From: Yuukianura sp. NJ FZ-2021
Lineage: Eukaryota
Direction: 5' to 3'
Assembly (NCBI GenBank): GCA_046563655.1
Contig: CM102290.1
Coordinates: 15,066,001 to 15,130,000, forward strand
Length of the DNA stretch: 64,000 nucleotides
Position 1 is the stretch's first letter. Each line of letters opens with the position of its first letter. Below the pieces are notes generated by a model. The model searched no databases. It saw only the letters and a list, made by a program, of their open reading frames with translations, and was not told where the DNA came from. Positions 30,470 through 40,714 of this stretch are shown piece after piece. Made by a program: the position numbers and the translations under genes.

Positions 30470-33277
30470 ATGAGTCGCCTCAGTCCCAAGGACTCTGACT
30501 CCTCCACGTCCAGACCCTCTGCGTAAGTTCAATTCAATCAACCACTTTTACTCTACTTAAATTTTGGTGTCTGGTCCAATTTGAAGTTGAAAATTAAAAG
30601 TTAATTTGGAATTTTGCAGAGATGTTCTGGAGAGTGTGGAGAGAGACGAATGGAAACGTCGTTCTCGGAATTCGTCCGAGAAGAAGCGAAGGGACCACTT
30701 CAACACACTCATCTCTCAACTGGGCACAATGCTCTCCTCCACTCCTCGCAAGATGGACAAGAGCACAGTCCTTAAGGGTACCATCGCCTTCTTCAAGGAC
30801 CACAACCAGAGTAAGTCCTCTCCACTGGCCCCTTCAAGGCTCTAACGTTTTCGTTTCCTTTAGGTGGGGACAAGGTCTGTGCGGGGGTGGACACGCAACA
30901 CAACTGGAAGCCTCCCTTCATGGCTGACGATGAATTTGTGTTTCTCCTCCTCGAGGTCAGAACCAATTTCCTTCAAACCGAATCTTCTTTCTTGTTTGCA
31001 GGGTATCCTTGTTTTAAACGGATGTTTTAAACATGCTGTTTTAAACGCTTGTTTAAAACAAGGGGTAAATCTTGTTTTAAACAAAACGTAAAAAATGGTA
31101 AAATTACATAGAAATTTGGCAAAATTGTGAAGGAAGACGCTAAATTTTCCGAAATTTTAAGTGAAATATGTTTTAACGGAATAGTTTGGCAAAACACGTT
31201 GTGAAACAGGTCATAGGGACCTTTTCTAAGAGCTAGAAACGTTACCTGGAGCACAAGTGTACGTTTTCTGACCTTGGAATTTGGCGCTTCTATTGGTTGC
31301 AAATAAAAAAACGTGTTTTAAGGATACCCTGCTTGCTTGTAAAGCAAAACAAGCAAAAACAGCAAAAAAAATAAACTATTTACAGCAAAAAGCCAAGCAT
31401 AGACTTGAAAAACCGCTTTACAGCTTTTTTTTTTGTTTTTTTAGAAATTAATGAATTTACCATTTGTGTTAGGCTCTGGATGGATTCCTAGTCGTGATGT
31501 GTCCCGGAGGGAAGGTGCTCTACGTCTCTGCAGGGGTCAAGTCCCTCCTAGGAACGAAACAAGCAAGTCCCCCCAATCCAATGGAGGTACTTAAAGACTA
31601 ATGGAGTGTTTGTTGCAGGAGGACTTGGTGGACACTGTGATGTATGACCAAGTGCTGCCAGAAGACAGGTCAGCACTCTACAACTTCCTGCAAACGACCA
31701 GTGAGAAGCCGCTGGACGCTTCCAGCGTAGTGATCCACATGAAAAGTTTGGCCAGAGGAGGAAAAGACACTTACGAACTGATCCGACTCAGAGGCTACGT
31801 CAAAACTTCAGCACAGCGTACAAATCCTCAATTTAAAACTTCCGCTTTAAAATGTTAAACTTGAAATGAACTTTGTTTTGTTTTGACAGCGGAGAGTGGA
31901 GAAGGGAGTGTGGTGGTGGCTGTTGGAAGGGTGCTGGAGGGGCCCTTACTCCGTCCAATGTCGCTTCTCGTGGACTCCGCCAGTCGAGAGTTCTCCTCTC
32001 GTCACTCTCTGGACTGGAAGTTTCTCTTTCTGGATCATCACAGAGCCCCGCCCATCATTGGCTACCTTCCGTTCGAAGTGCTGGGCACTTGTGCCTACGA
32101 CTACTTCCACCCTCACGACATCCAACAACTCGCCAACGACCACCTCATGTGTAACACTCTCAATTCTTATGTCTACTTCAACTGTTCTGGCTAATCATTC
32201 AATTAGTTCAAATGAAAAGGGTTCAAAACCAATTGGTTCAATAGGGAAACTAGCTCAGATGAATTGGTTTTGAACCAATCGACCCAAGGTTTTTTAAATT
32301 TCATTTTCCTTAACAGGTTGGGCAATACCTCATGTTTTGCCGATTTTACAAGAAAAAATGTCTTTTCATTTCACAGCATCGTAGTCATAACAATATAGTC
32401 TTTGAAGTTTTGCATACGAATTGGAACCTGTTTTTCGGATTGGTACCAATTATATTACTAACTTTTTTTTCTCATTTTTTTGTCAACAAGCGAGGTAGTA
32501 CTCAACCTGCTAAAGAAAATCAACTTTTCCTTGTCAAGGAACCTTGGAATTTACCTATTGAAGTGGGTATAGAACCTTTCTTTTGAAGGAATTGTGAGGG
32601 AATTGGTTTGAAGGGATGTAAGTGACTTTGTTTGTTTAGTGATGGAGAAGGGGGAGGGTACTTCTGGTCCTTATCGGTTCCTGACGAAGGGGCAGCAGTG
32701 GATCTGGATCCAAAGTCGCTACTTGATCACGTACCACCAATGGAATGCCAAACCAGAGTTCATGGTAGCCACTCACCAACTCATCGGGTAACAACAATCT
32801 CTATCTTAACATGTTCACTCAAATGACCTTTGACCTTCAAATGTGAGATGAAATGAAATGACCTTTGACCTTGTGTAGATCTGAAGTGGGATCGGTGCAG
32901 AGGGAACACTGTGCACAAGGAATGGTAAGCACCACTTTCCTCATTGAAAAGGATTCAAAGTACACCTCATTCTCTAAATAAGAAACTAAAAAAACCCTTT
33001 GTCCATTTCTTGTCGTGGGCCTCAGAGGCTCCTTCTATGGCCGCACTGAGACCTCATTCAAAAGAAATGGACAAACGTTTGAGGTTTTTGGTTTCTTATT
33101 TAGAGAATGTAGTGTAATTTGATTGTTTTGCAGAAGAGGAAGGTGAAAATGGAAGAAAGTGAGCGAGGAGGGGGAAGAGAGCGACTTTTGGAGCGTCAAG
33201 CTGAGCTGGAGAGGAGGATCAGTGCTGAGCAGGCCCAACTGCGCCTCGTGTCTTTGGAGCTTCTGCGCAATGAATAA
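30470..33277 (+). CDS. Clock: Circadian bHLH-PAS factor CLOCK, compact (~407 aa, 9 exons)
   Basis: b[20 protein letters not shown]...[16 protein letters not shown]...[50 protein letters not shown] and [17 protein letters not shown]...[10 protein letters not shown]. Exons 30470-30522, 30620-30810, 30864-30955, 31473-31562, 31619-31817, 31890-32150, 32640-32787, 32879-32924, 33134-33277. Confidence 0.95.
30999..31331. mobile_element. hAT-type non-autonomous element in Clock intron
   Basis: 12-bp TIR CAGGGTATCCTT / AAGGATACCCTG flanked by the 8-bp near-duplication CTTGTTTG / CTTGCTTG. Confidence 0.82.
32285..32546. mobile_element. MITE family B copy in Clock intron
   Basis: Right end GAGGTAGTACTCAACCTG...TTGTCAAGGAACCTTG shared with the 45.9 kb and 25.07 kb copies; degenerate left end starting CAAGGT. 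Confidence 0.72.
32963..33114. mobile_element. MITE family A copy (Tc1/mariner-like, TA-flanked) in last Clock intron
   Basis: TA|CACCTCATTCTCTAAATAAGAAAC...GTTTCTTATTTAGAGAATGTAGTG|TA; related to copies at 34684, 43600 and 48496. Confidence 0.85.
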
Positions 33278-33549
33278 ATTTGGTGTTAGTTGTATTTGTA
33301 TTGTGGTTGTCATGGATGTTTGACTGGATGGGAGTAGATCTAGCTTAATCAGAGTACAATGTTAGTAATCACTACAGGCCCTTGAGTCCTTTGAGTCCTT
33401 GAGTCCTTGGAGGGGAGTGGCACTCCCTTGAGCTCCTCCGCCCAGCCCAACTCCTCCACTCGCTGAGTAGGACTGAGTCTGTGTAGCTTGAGCAGAGGCC
33501 CCTTCCTTGGAGGGAAGAAAAGTTCCTGGAATGATCCAAATTACTCCAC

Positions 33550-36500
33550 TTAGACGTCCGTTTCCAGGCGACAAGTACTGTTGCGACGGATTCGGAAACT
33601 GTGGGCCACTCCTCTGCGCACGGCGTTCCCCATGCCCTTGTCCAGCTCCAGGTCCACGATGTCACCCACGATGGACGACGAGGACTCGGACAGAGAGCCC
33701 GTGTCACCCTTCGGGATCCCTGCAACAGAGCACAGTTAAAGAGGGTACTTAAGGGGCAGGGAGGGGGGCAGTTACCCAAGGTGCCTGGGAGGTAGGGGCA
33801 ACTGGTGACGTGGTTGAAGTTCTGTGACTGCATCTCCTCTTGGTCAGTTTCTCGATGGTAAAAGTAATTGAAATTGGAAACGATGACGGGGACGGGGAGG
33901 GCAATGGTGAGTACGCCTGCAATGGCACACAGAGAACCCACTATCTTACCCCAGACGCCAACCGGCCTACAACAAAACAACCAACACTCTACAGTCTACA
34001 CCAACATCCTCTACACCAACATGTTCTACACATGCCCACTACTCTATTCTACTCTACTCTTTGGGTCAGTGTGGCCTCATGTGCGCAGTTTAGTCCAGAT
34101 AGCACTTACGTCATGTCTCCGTAGCCGACAGTCGTCATGGTAACGACGGCCCACCAGAAGGCATCCGGAATAGACTTGAAGTACGAATGTTCGGCTCCAG
34201 CCTCTGCAAAGTAGACGGCACTTGAGAACAGGACGACCCCTAAACAACCACACAAACTACCGTAAGTTCTTCCCTTAAATTAACCTTATTGACTTAGTTA
34301 GCATAATTGAGTACTGCTTTGGAAACGATTCCATGTCATTTGGCCAAAAGTGAATTGGTCAGAGGTGAAAAGATCAGAATTGAAATGGCCAAAAAGTGAA
34401 AAGATCACAATTGAAATTTCCAAAATGTAAAAACGCCACAAAGGAAATGACCAAAAAGTAAAAAAGCCAAGAAGTGAAAAGACCAAAAAGTGAAATGGCC
34501 AAAATAAGATAAGATCAGAAAGTTAAAACATCAGAATTTGGGAAAAAAATTGTTTTCAGCATGTAAATCGGATTTTCTTCATTCAGGCTAATCGTTGAAA
34601 AAACGTTTAAAATTGAAAAAAAGTTTAAGGACGAGTACTATACGTCCAATAAACAATAATCGTTAGATGTAGTAACCACGATACACCTCATTCTCTAAAT
34701 AAGCAACTAAAAACCACTAAAAACCTCCCGTCCCACTTTCTCTATTTCTTGTCGTGGGCCTCAGTGCGGCCTCTTTGAAAAGAAATGGAGAAAGGTTTGA
34801 GGTTTTTAGTTGCTTATTTACATAATGTACTGCAACTGAACTTGCGTAATTACTGAAAGTTGCAAACATCGGCAAAAAGAAGCAACTGCGTGACTGGCGT
34901 AGAACTTTTATCGCAAAGCTGAGGACAAAGTAGTAACTTTTAAACTGAAAAAACTGCTGTTTGGGTTTTGTAACTAACTTTTCCGGGATTCCGACATTGA
35001 AATTTTGAAGCGATTTGGCTTAGCATAGGGATGCTGTACAGCGATCCACAATGTATTAAACTTTAGGAAAAGAGTTGATCTTGTTTTTTGGAAGAGAAAA
35101 ATTACAAAATTTTAATTCTAACTGCAAAAAAAAATTGACCGAAATATTCGACCTTTATTTTTTTTTTTTAAATTAGAACTAAAGTTTTGTATTTTTTTTC
35201 TTTCAAATAACAAAATCAACTCTTCTGCTAAAGTTTGATTGTGGATCCCTGCACGACGTTTCTACGCGGATCCAAACTATTTCAAAATTCATCACTCTAC
35301 GCGCATTTTTACCCCAGTTTCCAGGTATTCTCAAGCCTTAGAACTTAAAGAAGCTTATAACAGAAAAGAAGTTTTAGTTGTTTTGCATTTTGCACCACTG
35401 TTCCCCCCATGGAACTATGTTTTATGGGAAAAGTGAGTTCCCTCCTAAATAGTTGAATGAGGGGACATTTAGCAGAATGCATGTTGTGAAGGGACGTACC
35501 TATGAAGAGGAAGAAGATGAGGAGCCCTAGCTCTCGCATGGAGGCCTTGAGCGTGCGTCCGAGTATTTGGAGGCCCTTGGAGTGGCGTGAGAGCTTGAAG
35601 ATGCGGAAGACTCTGACGAGGCGGATGACCCTGAGGATGGCGAGAGACATGGCTTGGTTGGAGGCAGAGTCGCCCTTCGTCTTGGGCCCTGCAGTCCCCG
35701 AGTTGTCCTCAGTGAGGACCGTGGCGAGAGTGAGGAAGTAGGGAATGATGGCGATGAGGTCGATGATGTTCATGAGGTCGCGGAAGAAGAGGAACTTGTT
35801 GGGGCAGGAGGCGAACCGAACCATGAGTTCGAATGAGAACCACACGATGCAGATCGTCTCCGTGAGGAAGAAGGGGTCAGTGAGGTCAGGAACCTCGTCC
35901 TCCTCCACCAGCGTCTTGTTCTTTCCATGGCTCGTGTTGTGGTGGAGCGTGTAGTGCTTGAACTGCGGCAGTGTCTCCAGGCAGAAGATCACAATGGACA
36001 GCAGGATCACAAACACAGAGATGATGGCCACCACTCGAGCCTGCTGCGAGCTCTCGGGGTACTCGAACAGGAGCCACATCTTGCGCTGGAACGGCGGTTC
36101 GGGCAGGGGTTTCTCCTCCTCCTTGATGAACCCCTCGTCCTCCCTACAACAAACTCAATTTCATTCAAGGTCAAAGGTCAAAGGTCAAGGTCAACTGACC
36201 TGAACTTGTTGGTGGCCACTTCGCCCAACTCGTAGAATTTGATTTCCTCGGCAAAGACGTCGAGGGGGACGTTGACGGGGCGGCGGAGTCTGCCTCCACT
36301 TTGGTAGTAGTACAGGATTGCATCGAAGCTCGGTCTGTTTCGATCAAAAAAGTACTCGTTGCGAAGGGGGTCAAAGTAGCGGATGCGACGAGCAGGGTCC
36401 CCCAGCAGTGTGTCTGGGAACTGGTTAAGGGTCCTCAACTGCGTCTCGAACCGAAGCCCACTCACCTATCCAAGGTCTCTCTTTTACTTTTTTACTCTTT

Positions 36501-38384
36501 TACTTTTAAATTGTGTTCATTTGTGTAAAAGAGACTTACGTTGATGACAACTCTTTCGCAGTCTTGGTGGTTGTGTGGAATTGGCTGGAAGTGTGGTGCA
36601 GAGGGACGCTGGAGCCCACCGATCCCACCGCCGTCTTCCTCCCCACTGCTCACCTTTGGCAGTGACCTATGACACAAGAGGTTAAATTGAGTAAAACAAA
36701 GTGTAAATTGTACAAGTACCCCCTGAGCCCTTCGAGCGAGAGTCTGAGGTAGGTGTAGGAGAGGGGGGTTGGGCCAGCGAGGGACTGGGCACTCAAGGAC
36801 TGGTGCAGGGGGGAGTCCAGGGTCACCGAGCACGTCCCTCCCCCATCCAGAATCTCTGAGGAGCCAATCGTCCACTTAAGGGAGTCTACTGAAGGGTGAC
36901 CTGGCCATGACCTCTGCCCTCACTCACTCTGCCCCACCGTGTCTCTCCTCTCACTCGTAGCATTGCAGTGAGATTGCGGAAGTGAAGTGGATCCGAGGAT
37001 GATTGTGCTCTGGTCGTGGGAGGAGCAGACGCATCAGGAGAGAAAGGCCACTTTCTGGTGCAGTGCAGTTAGACACACTAGATACACAACCGCATCTCTA
37101 CCATCCAAACAACCAGAAGTATGAGGGGCACACTTCTCCACTACGCAATATTCTCTCTAACTTATAATTCTAATTTACAAGTCAGTTAAACACATTCATT
37201 CCACAGTTATGCCAAGGTGTCCCAACTCAAATGTTTCACTTTTCAGTGAAAAATGAAAAAAAAAATCAAAAACTGAAAAATACATCAAATGAAATAAACC
37301 GTTTCAGCTTCTTTAATTTATTTCACTGATAAGCTCAAATATTTCAACGAAATATTTCAATTGAAAGTAAAAGAAATTGAAATATTGCGTTGAAATAATT
37401 CAATTTCTTAGGTTTCAGCGAAATGCAAAGATGAAATGTTCACTTCATTTCACTTTTTGTCAGTTTCTTTCAATTTTTCAGTTTTTTTTTTGAATTTATT
37501 TCAGTTTCGTTCACTGAAACGAAAAAAAACTATACCCGACCCTGAATTATATACGACACTGTATCCCCTCATAATAATCAAACATACGTAGGCTTTCTGC
37601 AAATCCCATTTTACGCTAAACGCAACATATAAACTTGACAGTGACCTAGTTAGATTAAAAAATTCAAAAAATGGTTCATTATAAAAATTGGCTGAATTTA
37701 AAACTTTTAAATTTAAAACCTGGTTGAGTTTGGTCTTGTCAAAGTTTGTTCTATGCTTCATTTGCTTCATGTGAAAATTTAGTTTTGAAGCTAAAGTTAA
37801 AATTTGAAGTTTAAAAAGAATTTGAAGTTAAAATTTTGGGTTGAAGCCACCAATGGTGAATTAAGGCTAGGGCCTTAAAGTATCCTTCCATTTAAGAGTT
37901 TCCAGTTTTAAGGGACCGCTAAAATTTTAATCTCCAAGTACTTTGTTTTTAAATACAAATCCTAAAACGGAATAAAAGAACCCAAAGTTAGAAACTAAAA
38001 ATGCGAGATGGAGGAATGTGCTAAATGAGAATTTGAATCAACTTATTTTGAAGTGTACATAAAGATGCGTTTGGGCTGGAAGTCCCCCCATGAGAAGACT
38101 CGGCTGCTCTTCCCTCTCCCTGTCTTTCCCTGCTTTCTTCCCATAGGAAATCAATACGTTCTCTCATTAGGTCAAGTTGGGATTGGGACTGAAGGAACTG
38201 ATAAAGTGACTCACAGGAAGGACTCGGTCTGCCCCACGTCGGACCCACCGAGAAGTGGGTCCCTCTGCTGCGTGCCCGCCCCCTGTTCGTGACTGGCGTA
38301 GCGTCCATGGTGCCGCTCTCCGTACTTGCCGCGGTAGATCCCGAACGGGTCTTCACCCATTCCGTAGATGGCGACTGCCGCCAT
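33550..38384 (-). CDS. Sh: Shaker (Kv1) voltage-gated K+ channel, ShB-like isoform
   Basis: Exons 38384-38215, 36666-36540, 36465-36200, 36143-35500, 34239-34110, 33966-~33777, ~33719-33550. T1 domain ([15 protein letters not shown]), S4 [18 protein letters not shown], pore [12 protein letters not shown]6 PVPVIV and C-terminal PDZ ligand ETDV. Confidence 0.97.
34684..34832. mobile_element. MITE family A copy in Shaker intron
   Basis: CACCTCATTCTCTAAATAAGCAACTAAAAACC...GGTTTTTAGTTGCTTATTTACATAATGTACTG, sharing the internal TTCTTGTCGTGGGCCTCAG. Confidence 0.82.
35039..35251. mobile_element. Fold-back element (~213 bp, near fully palindromic) in Shaker intron
   Basis: CAGCGATCCACAAT...AAACTTTAG...AAGAGTTGAT... 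mirrors ...ATCAACTCTT...CTAAAGTTT...ATTGTGGATCCCTG. No clear TSD. Confidence 0.78.
37213..37544. mobile_element. Degenerate fold-back element in Shaker intron 1
   Basis: TTCAGTGAA...AAAAACTGAAAAAT mirrored by ATTTTTCAGTTTTT...TTCACTGAA; ends CAAGG.../...CCCTG. Confidence 0.5.
38215..38384 (-). CDS. Sh: Shaker first coding exon encoding an ShB-type N-terminal inactivation ball
   Basis: [20 protein letters not shown] resembles Drosophila ShB [19 protein letters not shown]. The phase-2 donor CT|GTGAGT at 38214 joins in frame to the acceptor at 36666 (G TCA CTG CCA AAG = L-S-L-P-K). Confidence 0.88.
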
Positions 38385-39538
38385 GCTGAGGGCCCTTAAG
38401 GGGTCAGGGCATGTCACTCGGAGGGCACTCAAGGGGAACTGAAGGGGTTGTGGAGGGATGTGCTCTGGCCACTGACAAAGTGACGAGTGAGTCTCCAGCA
38501 CCCGCTGGAACTTGAGCGTTGGCGCCTGAGAGGGGCGCATGGCTTTCTCCGGGGAGAAAGCAGGCGGGAGGCACCCCACATCACTCCTTGGGGGTCAGAG
38601 CTATAATTAGGAGGGAGCTATTCTTAGTCGCTCCTTGGACACTCGCCAACTCACTTCTCTACTCATCAGACCCACACAGCCCCACATGACCCACGGCCCA
38701 CCTTCCTTACGTGTCCTTGTCCCTCTCCCCGCGTCTTCTCTCCTTGTGCACGATCCCCATGAGGCGGGCCCACGGATTGTTCTGTCCTCCGCCATGGCTC
38801 CCCATCCCACCCGTCTGCCACATGGTGGGGCCTCAGTCGACCCACCAAGTCACCTCCTCAGTCCAACGTCACGAGGGGAGTGGGGGGCACTTGAAGTCCA
38901 CATTCCGGAGGCACTTGCACATCCGACGTCCATGCGAGATGGTTCGGGATGGAGCAGAAGAGAAACTCTGACTGTGGCCTCTGCAACAGATCTCAACAGC
39001 AACAGTTTCCAACCCAGCCGCAACTCGAGCCAAACCCAAAGCCACTGCTTTCTCCCTCTCACCGCCAACAAGGTCGCATTCCACTCAAGCCCCACTTTCC
39101 CCTCACCTTTCCTCCACGCACCTCAACAATTCACTCAATTCACATCTCACAGTCAAAGTCAACCGAAAAACCACTTATAAGTTAAGAAAACTTCACTTTT
39201 TAACGTTTTTTACTTCACTTTTTAAGTTTTTTTTACTCAATGAACTTGTTTTTGAGTGACGTTCGTAAGGAAAGCGGAACGCAAAGTGCCGATATTTGGG
39301 TGTTCTTAGAATTTCTTTCCACAGATTATGAAGTCCAGCCGACGTTTTTTTTTCGTTCCAGCCGGAGCGAGTTGACTAAAAACGTTTAACTTTTCGCAGT
39401 TGAAGGGTTTTCGCGCCTCGGCAGTTAGAATGGGAGTGTTGAACTTTGAGAGAAATCAGAGGATTAGTGTGGCAGGAAGAAAAGGAGCAGAGAAGACGAG
39501 TGACTCTGCCTACTTTGGCACAGTTCCAGCATCTTCCA

Positions 39539-40714
39539 ATGGAAACGAAAGTGTTGTCCAGTGACGCCGGTGGTAAGTCAACTCTTATTGCCAGGGTCAA
39601 CGTTTCACATTTCTCTCTTAACGTTTTTGTGTGTGTAGATGCTCCTTCGACTCCAGCTGATAGACACGATGGATGCCTCTCAGTTGAGACCGCTGACACA
39701 GAAGTGTATGCAGACCAAGTGGCCGGTCACAGTTCCCACGGAGGTACGTTCATTCTCTTCACGTCCAACTACCGACTGTAACTGTTTGTGTTTGAAGATA
39801 TTGTGCTCCTCAAGCACAAGGATGGATTCGTCATGAAACCGTGTCAACACGGAGCGAGGGGAATCCGGGAATTGGAATTCTACAGACGGGTATATCAAAA
39901 TACAAAAAGTCCACGGTCCACAGCACTACTTTTCCAGAACGTCACTCCTACTTTTCACGGTGTATCCACCGTAGTCACTAACGGAGGTAATCCCACCTTC
40001 ATTTCTTATGTCTCTTGTATGACATGGTCCATTAATCCTCTTGTTCCTACACTGTTGTGCAGTTAAGCAAGATTACTTGATGCTCCAGAACGCCACGGCT
40101 GGCATGATTCGACCATGTGTATTGGACTTGAAGATCGGACCCGTCACTTGGGGTCCCGAGGCATCGCCAGCAAAGATCCACAAAGAAAAGGTTAGAACAG
40201 GATAGTTCCAGTGACACTGTGCACATGAAACTTACAACTATCTTTGTAGGAGAAATACAAGGGTACAAAAGGACATCTTGGCATCAGCTTGGCTGGAATG
40301 TCACACTTTGACCTCAAAAGAAACGAGTCTGTCAAGAAGGATCGGCATTTCGGAAAGACCCTCACAGAGACGACTCTGACTGGAGCCATCAAGGAATTCC
40401 TCAACTACGACTGTGCTGGATCCAGCACCATCTCTCACAAGATTCTGAAGCGTTTGTGTGAAATTGAAGAAGTGCTGTTGACTCAAGGGGATTTTAGCTT
40501 CTACTCCAGCTCCATCCTCATCACGTACGACGCAGTACTCCTGTCAGAATTGCGTCAAGGCATGGACTCCCCGGGAGACGTGGACGATTTAGTGCGAGTT
40601 TTCATGATAGACTTTGCACATACGTATCCAATGCTCACTGGACTGACGAGGGATGACAACTACCTCTTCGGCCTGTCCAACGTCATTCGGATATTCAGAG
40701 CACTCCTGGACTGA
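39539..40714 (+). CDS. IPMK: Inositol polyphosphate multikinase (Ipk2/IPMK)
   Basis: QVAGH, RELEFY, PCVLDLKIG (PxxxDxKxG), FYSSSILITY, IDFAH and DDNYLFGL motifs across five exons. Confidence 0.93.

Noticed and set aside
31002..31010. GTATCCTT as a U12-type donor
   Set aside because: It is part of the hAT TIR inside a normal GT-AG intron and does not follow a coding exon.
36667..37100. Alternative Shaker N-terminal coding exon (ORF 36492-36875)
   Set aside because: The ORF starts at GTG and reads through the acceptor. The nearby donor needs a frame with no ATG before an upstream stop. It may be an alternative UTR or internal exon but cannot be supported.
38600..39185. Overlapping ORFs upstream of the Shaker ball exon
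   Set aside because: No recognisable domain; more simply Shaker 5' UTR/promoter and antisense shadows.
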